A stretch of DNA of 25,775 nucleotides from an uncultured Thermodesulfobacteriota bacterium. GTDB taxonomy: Bacteria; Desulfobacterota; GWC2-55-46. The stretch lies in assembly GCA_964508625.1 (NCBI GenBank), contig CAZDUP010000002.1:1-25775 (forward strand). Reading direction: 5' to 3'. Positions 8,024 to 16,169 of the stretch are shown piece by piece. Numbering within the stretch: the first letter of the stretch is position 1; each line of letters begins with the position of its first letter. Both the position numbers and the translations under genes were made by a program. Under the pieces are notes generated by a model. The model made no database searches and had not been told where the DNA came from. It saw only the letters and a list, made by a program, of their open reading frames with translations.

Positions 8024-8108
8024 TGGCGGAGGGTGAGGGACTCGAACCCCCAAGGGCGTTAGCCCGCCGGTTTTCAAGACCGGTGACTTACCATTAGCCT
8101 AACCCTCC
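8024..8108 (-). tRNA. tRNA-Ser, anticodon UGA
   Basis: 85 nt: acceptor GGAGGGT/ACCCTCC, G73 and encoded CCA, anticodon arm CCGGT-CTTGAAA-ACCGG, long variable arm GGGC-TAAC-GCCC, T-arm GGGGG-TTCGAGT-CCCTC. Confidence 0.97.
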
Positions 8109-8165
8109 GGATTGGGACTGCCTGGAAAATTCGGAGAAGGGAACTACTGCTAAAAATCCAAAACT

Positions 8166-8288
8166 GAGATTGCCGCGCCGCTTTGCTCCTCACAATGACG
8201 CTCATTGTTGTCATTCTGAGGGTAGCGTAGAATCTCTGGGATGATAACTGTCGCCGAGACTCTTCATCGCCTGCGGCTCCTCAGGGTC
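8166..8288 (+). repeat. Three half-copies of a GTC(A)-tagged palindromic repeat family
   Basis: GAGATTGCC...CTCCTCACAATGAC (8166-8199), GTCATTCTGAGG...AGAATCTC (8210-8236), GAGACTCT...CCTCAG (from 8256). The last two pair as an imperfect long hairpin; homologous piece at 9770-9804. Confidence 0.65.
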
Positions 8289-8349
8289 GTAGGGTGCGCT
8301 GACGCGCACCAATAATTAATCCCCCTCAGTCCCCATTTAGAAAGGGGGA
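8289..8349 (+). repeat. Composite repeat: GTAG REP plus triplex-type hairpin (left copy)
   Basis: GTAGGGTGCGC-TGAC-GCGCACC-AATAATT-AATCCCCCTCAGTCCCCATTTAGAAAGGGGGA; inverted near-copy at 9935-9992. Confidence 0.85.
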
Positions 8350-8369
8350 CGAGAAGCGACTCTTACAAA

Positions 8370-9659
<1,290 letters not shown>

Positions 9660-9695
9660 TTATGTAAAATAGATTTAAACGCCTGGAACAGAACT

Positions 9696-9734
9696 CCCCC
9701 TCACACCTGCCCTCTCCCCGATGGGGAGAGGGGG
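9696..9734 (+). repeat. BoxC/intrastrand-triplex-like repeat
   Basis: CCCCCTCACACCTG-CCCTCTCCCC-GAT-GGGGAGAGGG: perfect 10-bp stem preceded by a C-rich mirror tract. Confidence 0.85.
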
Positions 9735-9769
9735 AATAAAGGACGAAACCTTTGTGGCGAATCAGCGCC

Positions 9770-9804
9770 GAGATCCTTAGTCGCCTATCGGCCCTCAGAA
9801 TGTC
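9770..9804 (+). repeat. Half-copy of the GTC(A)-tagged repeat family
   Basis: GAGATCCTTAGTCGCCTATCGGCCCTCAGAATGTC aligns with 8256-8288; both are preceded by CGCC. Confidence 0.6.
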
Positions 9805-9814
9805 GGAATATATA

Positions 9815-9876
9815 ATCTTCCCCTGCCCCTCTTTAGAAAAGCGGGGTGGTCATTCACCCTCCCGTCAAGGGAGGTG
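9815..9876 (+). repeat. Two further, degenerate pyrimidine/purine hairpin repeats
   Basis: CCCCTCTTT-AGA-AAAGCGGGG and CACCCTCCC-GTCAA-GGGAGGTG (9855-9876), the latter sharing 18 identical nt with 7-24. Confidence 0.7.
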
Positions 9877-9934
9877 CAGGAAAAGGCGACCAGAAATCAG
9901 CCTTTTGTTAATCGCCCTCTTCTCCAATCATCTT

Positions 9935-9992
9935 TCCCCCTTTCCAAAGGGGGACTGAGGGGGATTATCATTGGTGCGCACAGCGCACCTAC
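9935..9992 (-). repeat. Composite repeat: GTAG REP plus triplex-type hairpin (right copy, inverted)
   Basis: Minus strand GTAGGTGCGC-TGT-GCGCACC-AATGAT-AATCCCCCTCAGTCCCCCTTTGGAAAGGGGGA; its last 32 nt match 8318-8349 at 30/32. Confidence 0.85.
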
Positions 9993-10055
9993 AGCTACAC
10001 CTCTGAACCCGCGTGCAAAACAGGTTTCTAGGGCGCTCAAGCGACGGATTATAAA

Positions 10056-10667
10056 TCAATCCCCCTCTTTTTTCCACCTTTTGTAAAGGCTGTTCTCAAC
10101 TCCGAGCACGTCAAGGACCTTTCCAACGATGAAACCGGCAAGGTCGTCTATCGTAGAGGGCTTGTGATAGAAGGCGGGCATTGCGGGAAGGATGACAGCA
10201 CCGGCTCTCGTGAGCCTTAGCATGTTCTGTAGATGTATTGCGGAAAGCGGCGTTTCCCTGGGCACGAGCACCAGGGGGCGGCGCTCCTTCAACATGCAGT
10301 CCGCTGCCCTCTCTATGAGGTTGCCGGATATGCCGGCAGCGATGCGGCCGATTGTGCCCATTGAGCACGGGCAGACTATCATGGCCTTCACGAGGGCCGA
10401 CCCGCTCGCGGCAGAGGCCGTGAGGTCGTCATGGGGCAGGCTTCTCAACCTTCCCTTTATCTGAACGCCATTTGATTCGAGGGACGCCCTTATGGTTTCA
10501 ACGGGCTTGTCCGCGCAGTCAAGGCCGAGCTCCTCTTTAAGGAGGAGAAGACCAGAAGGGGAGATGATGAGGTCAACATCATCTCCCCTTGAAAGAAGCT
10601 CTCCTGTGAGCTTGACGCCATAGAGCGCGCCGCTTGCCCCTGTAAGGGCGACCAAGTATCCAGCCAA
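10056..10667 (-). CDS. ubiX: Flavin prenyltransferase UbiX
   Basis: ALTGASGALYG, ASGS, CPCSMGT, NLIERAAD, LVLVPRETP, PAMPAFYHKP motifs. Confidence 0.97.
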   Translation of the reverse strand: MAGYLVALTGASGALYGVKLTGELLSRGDDVDLIISPSGLLLLKEELGLDCADKPVETIRASLESNGVQIKGRLRSLPHDDLTASAASGSALVKAMIVCPCSMGTIGRIAAGISGNLIERAADCMLKERRPLVLVPRETPLSAIHLQNMLRLTRAGAVILPAMPAFYHKPSTIDDLAGFIVGKVLDVLGVENSLYKRWKKEGD

Positions 10668-10682
10668 TATTCAGTCCCGTCT

Positions 10683-10752
10683 GCGGGTTCAATTGTAAAT
10701 TGAACCAAAAACCTATTGAGAATCCGGGTTCAGGTTACAAACCTGAACCCGC
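10683..10752. repeat. Inverted doublet of related hairpins (REPIN-like)
   Basis: GGTTCAATT-GTA-AATTGAACC (10686-10706) and GGGTTCAGGTT-ACA-AACCTGAACCC (10726-10750), both perfect stems, sharing TGAACCCGC in opposite orientation. Confidence 0.7.
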
Positions 10753-10784
10753 CGTTGATTCGTTTTAAATCAGGGAAGGCTTCA

Positions 10785-10819
10785 CCCTCCCCTCAATCCC
10801 CTCCCGACAAGGGAGGGGA
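10785..10819 (+). repeat. Intrastrand-triplex repeat, perfect copy
   Basis: CCCTCCCCT-CAA-TCCCCTCCC-GACAA-GGGAGGGGA: mirror repeat plus its Watson-Crick complement. Confidence 0.9.
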
Positions 10820-10875
10820 GGCCAGACTTCTTATCACGGGGATTTACAGTCATTTCCGCCCCTGAAGAGCCCTGC

Positions 10876-12378
10876 CTACTTCCTCGGCTTCACTATGACG
10901 TATATCGTGTTGCCGCCCCTCTCCACGAGGAAGAGGACCACGTCATTCTTCTCGGCGTCGGTAAGGGCCTTGCTGTAAGCGTTCATGCTCCGTATGGGCT
11001 TTCTGTCTATTTCCTTTATGAGGTCGCCTCTCCTGAGGCCTGCCTCAGCAGAGGGGCTGTCAGGCTTGACAGAGCTTATTATCACGCCGTCGGTCTCTTT
11101 CTTGCCGAGGCGCTTGGCGATCTCAGGCGTTATGGGCTGCGCAGAGAGGCCGAGCCTCTTGTCAGGCGTGCCCTCTGTCTCCTCTGTGGGCACTGCCTCT
11201 GCCTCCTCCTCGTCCACCTTTGTGGCGACCTTTATGAAGAAGGTCTTCTCCTTGCCGTCACGGAGCGCCTTCACCTCAACGGATTTTCCGGGGGGCGTGG
11301 TCGCCACTATCCTCGGCAGGTCGCTTATCTCGTTCACAGGCTTGCCGTCGAACGAGACGATGATGTCGCCGGCTTTCAAGCCGGCCTGGTCAGCCGGCTC
11401 GCCGGGGTTTACCGAGGAGATGAGCACGCCAGTAGCGTCCTTCAGGCCAAAGGACCTGGCAAGCTCGGGCGTAAGGTCCTGTATGCTCACGCCTATCCAG
11501 CCCCTTGTGACCTTCCCGGTCTCCTTAAGCTGCAGGAGGACTTCCTTGACCATGTTGATGGGAGTGGCAAAGCCGATGCCCTGTCCGCCCGCGACTATTG
11601 CCGTGTTCAGGCCTACGACCTCGCCTTTCATGTTGAAGAGCGGGCCGCCGGAGTTGCCGGGGTTGATGGACGCGTCGGTCTGTATGAAGTTGTCATATGG
11701 GCCCGCGCCTATTATCCTGCCCTTCTGGCTGACGATGCCCGCTGTAACGGTGCCGCCGAGGCCAAAGGGGTTGCCTATGGCGAGTACCCATTCGCCTATC
11801 TGCAGGCCTTCGGAATCGCCGATGGTCGCAACAGGCATGCTGTCGTCGGGCTTTATCCTTATGAGGGCGATGTCGAGCTTCTGGTCCTGGCCAACGACCT
11901 TTGCCTTGTATTCCTTCTTGTCCTGCGAGAGCGTGACTATTATCTCGGTGGCGTTCTCGATGACGTGATAATTGGTCAGTATGAAGCCTTCCTTATTGAT
12001 GATAAAGCCAGAGCCGAGGCTCTGGCGCTTCATCTCCTTGCCGCCCCTGGGCTCGTTGAAGAACCTGTTGAAGTCGTCGCCGAAAAACTCCTCAAAGGGG
12101 CCCCTGAACTCGGGGAAGGGCATCATGGGCCTTTCCTTCATGACCTGCGTGGTAGATATGTTGACCACCACAGGGGAGAGCTTGTTGGCGAGCTCCACGA
12201 AGTTGTTGGGCACAGGGCCCGAGACCGCGGGGCTCGAGTTCGCGTCCTTCCAGAAGTTCTGCGCTATGGTCTGGGTCGTCATGTCGTACCTGGCCGTGAA
12301 CATTATTCCGGCCATTACGGAGATGACGGCGACCAGGACTATGGTCTTCAAGCCGAATCCGGTTTTCTTTTCTTTCAT
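10876..12378 (-). CDS. degP: DegP/DegQ (HtrA, protease Do) serine endoprotease with two PDZ domains
   Basis: TNYHV, DIAL, QTDASINPGNSGGPL, N-terminal hydrophobic segment, two PDZ-like regions. Start at 12378 (MKEKK) has an AGGAG RBS (ORF track 12417). degP versus degQ not resolvable by eye. Confidence 0.93.
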   Translation of the reverse strand: MKEKKTGFGLKTIVLVAVISVMAGIMFTARYDMTTQTIAQNFWKDANSSPAVSGPVPNNFVELANKLSPVVVNISTTQVMKERPMMPFPEFRGPFEEFFGDDFNRFFNEPRGGKEMKRQSLGSGFIINKEGFILTNYHVIENATEIIVTLSQDKKEYKAKVVGQDQKLDIALIRIKPDDSMPVATIGDSEGLQIGEWVLAIGNPFGLGGTVTAGIVSQKGRIIGAGPYDNFIQTDASINPGNSGGPLFNMKGEVVGLNTAIVAGGQGIGFATPINMVKEVLLQLKETGKVTRGWIGVSIQDLTPELARSFGLKDATGVLISSVNPGEPADQAGLKAGDIIVSFDGKPVNEISDLPRIVATTPPGKSVEVKALRDGKEKTFFIKVATKVDEEEAEAVPTEETEGTPDKRLGLSAQPITPEIAKRLGKKETDGVIISSVKPDSPSAEAGLRRGDLIKEIDRKPIRSMNAYSKALTDAEKNDVVLFLVERGGNTIYVIVKPRK

Positions 12379-12425
12379 TTTTGCTCCTGCAGGGTGTTTA
12401 AAGAGTTGATTAGCCATCAGGAATG

Positions 12426-12455
12426 GAAAATGGCCCGGCCTGGAAGGCCGGGCCA
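12426..12455 (-). terminator. Intrinsic terminator after the DUF1844 gene
   Basis: Minus strand TGGCCCGGCC-TTCCA-GGCCGGGCCA followed by TTTTC. Confidence 0.65.
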
Positions 12456-12466
12456 GGATCGATTTT

Positions 12467-12772
12467 TTATGATATTACTTTAACGTACCAGAGGCGGAGC
12501 TCGTGGAGGACATCCTCGATGAGCTTCGATTCCTCCTCTGTGAGATTGCCCCTGGTCTTTTCCTTAAGGAGCGCGATGAGGTCAATGGTCTGCTTGGCGA
12601 CCTCGGGCTCCTTCTCCTTCTGCTTGGTCATCGGGTTTTCGACCAGGCCCAAGTTCATGAGCACAGAGGTCGAGAGCGAGAGTATGAATGCCGAGAAATC
12701 CAGCGGCGGCAGATCGATATTCTCCGGCTCTACCCCCAAGTTCCTCTCCTCTCCCTTTTCGCCCTCTCCCAT
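12467..12772 (-). CDS. DUF1844 domain-containing protein
   Basis: FSAFILSLSTSVLMNLG...AKQTIDLIALLKEKTRGNLTEEESKLIEDVLHELRLWYV, typical of DUF1844. Confidence 0.88.
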   Translation of the reverse strand: MGEGEKGEERNLGVEPENIDLPPLDFSAFILSLSTSVLMNLGLVENPMTKQKEKEPEVAKQTIDLIALLKEKTRGNLTEEESKLIEDVLHELRLWYVKVIS

Positions 12773-12797
12773 AAAGCCCCTTATCGATAATGATTTC

Positions 12798-13235
12798 TTA
12801 TTCCACCCTTACTTTTATGCCACCGCCTGATGCCTCTGAAGCCTTTGGAACCGTTATCTTCAGGACCCCGTTATTGAAGTTGGCCTTTATCCCGTTCCTG
12901 TCAACAGAGTAAGGCAGGCTGAAAGAGCGGTGGAAAGAGCCGTAGAAGCGCTCCATCCTGTGATAGCTTTCCTCGCCGGGGGCCTTCTCGCGCTTTCTTT
13001 CGCCCCTCAAGACCAGCGTGTTCTCGCTCACCTCAACGCTGACGCCCTCAGGGGCGACCCCCGGAAGCTCGGCCTTCAGTATAACGCTCTCTTCTGTCTC
13101 GTAGATATCGACTGGGGGGAACCAGTGGCTGCCCTCCGCTGCCCTGTACTTAAGGAGCGTCTCGTCGAAGATGCGGCTCATCCTCTCCTGGAGGAACAGG
13201 AGGTCTTTGAAAGGGTCCCTTTTCTTCAGGGCCAA
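12798..13235 (-). CDS. Small heat-shock protein (Hsp20/alpha-crystallin)
   Basis: PPVDIYETEE, AELPGV, RMERFYGSFHRSFSLP, NGVLKITVPK; TTG start with GAGGAG RBS. Confidence 0.96.
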   Translation of the reverse strand: MALKKRDPFKDLLFLQERMSRIFDETLLKYRAAEGSHWFPPVDIYETEESVILKAELPGVAPEGVSVEVSENTLVLRGERKREKAPGEESYHRMERFYGSFHRSFSLPYSVDRNGIKANFNNGVLKITVPKASEASGGGIKVRVE

Positions 13236-13297
13236 GGCTCTACTCTCCTCTTTGCGGCTGGGACTGACCGGGGTAGCCTTATTCCGGCTATTAGTCC

Positions 13298-13326
13298 AAT
13301 TTATTTTATAATCAGGTGTTTGTCAA
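13298..13326 (-). promoter_or_regulatory. Sigma70-type promoter for hsp20
   Basis: Minus strand TTGACA (13326-13321) - 17 nt - TAAATT (13303-13298). Confidence 0.6.
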
Positions 13327-13330
13327 GAAA

Positions 13331-13362
13331 CCTCCTTTCTTTTTTGAAAAAAAGAAAGGAGG
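13331..13362. terminator. Long perfect palindrome downstream of clpB, possible terminator
   Basis: CCTCCTTTCTTTTT-TGAA-AAAAAGAAAGGAGG, 14-bp stem, directly abutting the hsp20 -35 context. Confidence 0.5.
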
Positions 13363-13399
13363 CAAAGAATAATTATTACCCCTTGCATCGGGCCAGGGC

Positions 13400-16030
13400 T
13401 TATCTCCCTATCCTGCGCCTCTCGAATGCGGCTGGACCGGCCCGTCCGTCCTTCTCAAAAGAGAGCCGCCCGTCCTTCATGTCCAGGCGTATGCGGTCGC
13501 CCTCGCCGAAGCCGCCTTCGAGGAACTTCAAGGCCAGCTCGTCCTGGATCTCCTTCTGGATGAGCCTCTTCAAAGACCGGGCGCCGTAGACCGGGTCATA
13601 GCCCTTGTCCGCGAAATAGTCCCTGGCAGCGGGCGTGAGCTCTATGTCCATGTTCCTGTCCTTGAGGAGCTTTTTGAGCCTTGTTACCTGTATATCCACT
13701 ATCTCCTTCATGTGCTCCCTTGTAAGGGGGTGGAATATGATTATATCGTCTATCCTGTTCAAAAACTCGGGCTTGAAGGTCGTGCGGAGCACGTCCATGA
13801 CCCTTGTCCTTATCTCCTCGTACTCGGACTCGCCGAGCTCGGTTATATACTGGCTGCCGATGTTGGATGTCATTATGATGACCGTGTTCTTGAAGTCAAC
13901 GGTTCTGCCCTGTCCGTCAGTGAGCCTTCCGTCGTCGAGTATCTGGAGGAGGATGTTGAAGACCTCGGGGTGCGCCTTCTCTATCTCGTCGAAGAGCACG
14001 ACCGCATAGGGCCGCCTTCTCACGGATTCCGTGAGATAGCCGCCCTCTTCGTATCCGACGTACCCGGGCGGCGCTCCAATGAGCCTCGCAACCGAGTGCT
14101 TCTCCATGAACTCGCTCATGTCTATCCTAATCATGGCGCGCTCATCGTCAAAGAGGAACTCTGCAAGGGCCCTCGCGGTCTCTGTCTTGCCCACGCCCGT
14201 GGGGCCTAAAAATATGAACGAGCCTATGGGCCTGTTTACGTCCTGCAGGCCTGCCCTGGCCCTCCGGACTGCGCTGGAGACGGCCTTCAGGGCCGCGTCC
14301 TGTCCAATGACCCGCTTTTTAAGCCCATCTTCCATCTTGAGGAGCTTTTCTTTCTCAGCCTCGAGCATGCGGGAGACCGGTATGCCTGTCCAGCGCGAGA
14401 CGACCTCGGCGATGTCCTCGGCATCTACCTCCTCCTTGAGCATCTTCTTCCCGTCCTGGAGCTTCGTGAGCTCTGCCTGGTCGTCTTCGAGGTTCTTCTG
14501 CAGCTCGGAGAGCCTGCCGTACTTTAGCTCAGCCGCCTTACCGAGCTCCCCTGCCCTCTCTGCCTGCGCAGCCTGGAGCTTCACTTCCTCTATCTTCTTC
14601 TTTGTAGCCCTTATCCGGTTTATGACCTCTTTTTCTCGCTGCCAGTGGGCCTTCAAGCCGCCGCTCTCCTCCTTCAAGTCAGCGAGCTCCTTCTCTATCT
14701 TCTCAAGCCGCTCCAGAGAGAGCCTGTCAGTTTCTTTCGACAGGGCCTGCTTTTCTATCTCGAGCTGGATTACCTTCCTCTCTATCGCGTCTATCTCAGT
14801 GGGCATGGAATCTATCTCTATGCGCAGGCGGGATGCCGCCTCGTCAACAAGGTCTATTGCCTTGTCAGGCAGGAACCTGTCGGTTATGTACCTGTTGGAG
14901 AGCGTTGCGGCGGCTATGATGGCAGGGTCTGCTATGCGCACGCCGTGGTGCACCTCGTATCGCTCCTTTATGCCGCGCAGTATCGCTATCGTGTCCTCTA
15001 CAGAGGGCTCGCCCACGTGCACTGGCTGAAAGCGCCTCTCAAGGGCAGCGTCCTTTTCTATATGCTTCCTGTACTCGTCTATTGTCGTTGCACCAACGCA
15101 GCGGAGCTCTCCCCTGGCAAGGGCTGGCTTCAGCATGTTTGACGCATCCATTGCGCCTTCTGCAGCGCCCGCTCCAACGAGCGTATGGAGCTCGTCAATG
15201 AAGAGTATGATATCGCCCTGCGCCTCTGTTATCTCCCTTAATAGGGCCTTCAACCTGTCCTCGAACTCGCCCCTGTACTTTGTCCCTGCGATAAGTGAGC
15301 CGAGGTCAAGGGCAAGGAGCCTCTTGTTCTTCAATGTCTCAGGCACGTCTCCTGCCACTATCCTCTGGGCAAGGCCCTCTACTATGGCCGTCTTGCCTAC
15401 ACCTGCCTCGCCTATCAGTACAGGGTTGTTCTTGGTCCTCCTGGACAAAACCTGTATGACGCGCCTTATCTCCTCGTCCCTTCCTATTACAGGGTCGAGC
15501 TTGTTGGAGCGGGCAAGCTCAATGAGGTCCCGCGTATATTTTGAGACTGCCTGGTACTTCTCCTCAGGCATCTGGTCTGTTACGCGCTGCGTGCCCCTTA
15601 TGGATGTAAGGGCCTTCAGTATGCCCTCCCTGTTCGCGCCCTGAGAGGCAAGGAGCCTTGCCGACTCGCCCCCTGATTCAGAGGCCAATGCCAGGAGCAG
15701 GTGCTCGACCGAGACGAACTCGTCTTTCAGGTCCCTCGCCTCTTTCATGGCAGCATCGAGCACTGCCTTCAACCTCTGCGAGACGTAGACCTCTCCTGTG
15801 GAGCCATAGATCCTGGGCAGCCTCTTCAAGGCGTCCTCTATCTGACCCTTCAGGAGCCTGGTATTTACCCCTATCCTCTGGAGTATGGGAGAGACCACCC
15901 CGCCTTCCTGCGAAAGGAGCGAGAGCAGGAGGTGCTCTGGGGAGACCTCCTGCTGCTCCATTGACTCTGCCCTCTGCTGGGCGTCCTGGAGCGCTTCCTG
16001 GGACTTTATCGTGAACTTATCGAGCCTCAT
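13400..16030 (-). CDS. clpB: ATP-dependent chaperone ClpB
   Basis: [14 protein letters not shown], Walker A GEAGVGKT and GPTGVGKT, coiled-coil M domain, [13 protein letters not shown]. Start 16030 (MRLDKFT) lies 7 nt from AAGGAG; the ORF-track ATG 16036 is too close to the RBS. Confidence 0.99.
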   Translation of the reverse strand: MRLDKFTIKSQEALQDAQQRAESMEQQEVSPEHLLLSLLSQEGGVVSPILQRIGVNTRLLKGQIEDALKRLPRIYGSTGEVYVSQRLKAVLDAAMKEARDLKDEFVSVEHLLLALASESGGESARLLASQGANREGILKALTSIRGTQRVTDQMPEEKYQAVSKYTRDLIELARSNKLDPVIGRDEEIRRVIQVLSRRTKNNPVLIGEAGVGKTAIVEGLAQRIVAGDVPETLKNKRLLALDLGSLIAGTKYRGEFEDRLKALLREITEAQGDIILFIDELHTLVGAGAAEGAMDASNMLKPALARGELRCVGATTIDEYRKHIEKDAALERRFQPVHVGEPSVEDTIAILRGIKERYEVHHGVRIADPAIIAAATLSNRYITDRFLPDKAIDLVDEAASRLRIEIDSMPTEIDAIERKVIQLEIEKQALSKETDRLSLERLEKIEKELADLKEESGGLKAHWQREKEVINRIRATKKKIEEVKLQAAQAERAGELGKAAELKYGRLSELQKNLEDDQAELTKLQDGKKMLKEEVDAEDIAEVVSRWTGIPVSRMLEAEKEKLLKMEDGLKKRVIGQDAALKAVSSAVRRARAGLQDVNRPIGSFIFLGPTGVGKTETARALAEFLFDDERAMIRIDMSEFMEKHSVARLIGAPPGYVGYEEGGYLTESVRRRPYAVVLFDEIEKAHPEVFNILLQILDDGRLTDGQGRTVDFKNTVIIMTSNIGSQYITELGESEYEEIRTRVMDVLRTTFKPEFLNRIDDIIIFHPLTREHMKEIVDIQVTRLKKLLKDRNMDIELTPAARDYFADKGYDPVYGARSLKRLIQKEIQDELALKFLEGGFGEGDRIRLDMKDGRLSFEKDGRAGPAAFERRRIGR

Positions 16031-16083
16031 CCGCATTCTCCTTTATCAGGCATAAGAACCAAAGCAGGGCGAACATCTATTAT

Positions 16084-16112
16084 AATGTATGGGCAGCCCC
16101 TGTTTTTGTCAA
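16084..16112 (-). promoter_or_regulatory. Sigma70-type promoter for clpB
   Basis: Minus strand TTGACA (16112-16107) - 17 nt - TACATT (16089-16084). Confidence 0.55.
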
Positions 16113-16169
16113 GAAACGGGCGGGTTTAGGCTCGAGCGGCTATTGCGTTTTCATAAAGGATGTCTTATC

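Noticed and set aside
8024-8108. Possible tRNA-Sec or allo-tRNA
   Set aside because: Anticodon is UGA (reads UCA), not UCA; acceptor/T stems are the standard 7/5.
10985-15964. Long plus-strand ORFs (10985-11968, 14079-15029 and others) antisense to degP and clpB
   Set aside because: Shadow ORFs expected opposite GC3-biased genes; low-complexity Ser-rich translations without motifs.
16037-16169. CIRCE/HAIR/CtsR operator upstream of clpB (also checked upstream of hsp20)
   Set aside because: No TTAGCACTC-N9-GAGTGCTAA, CTTGAGT-N7-ACTCAAG or GGTCAAA direct repeat found.
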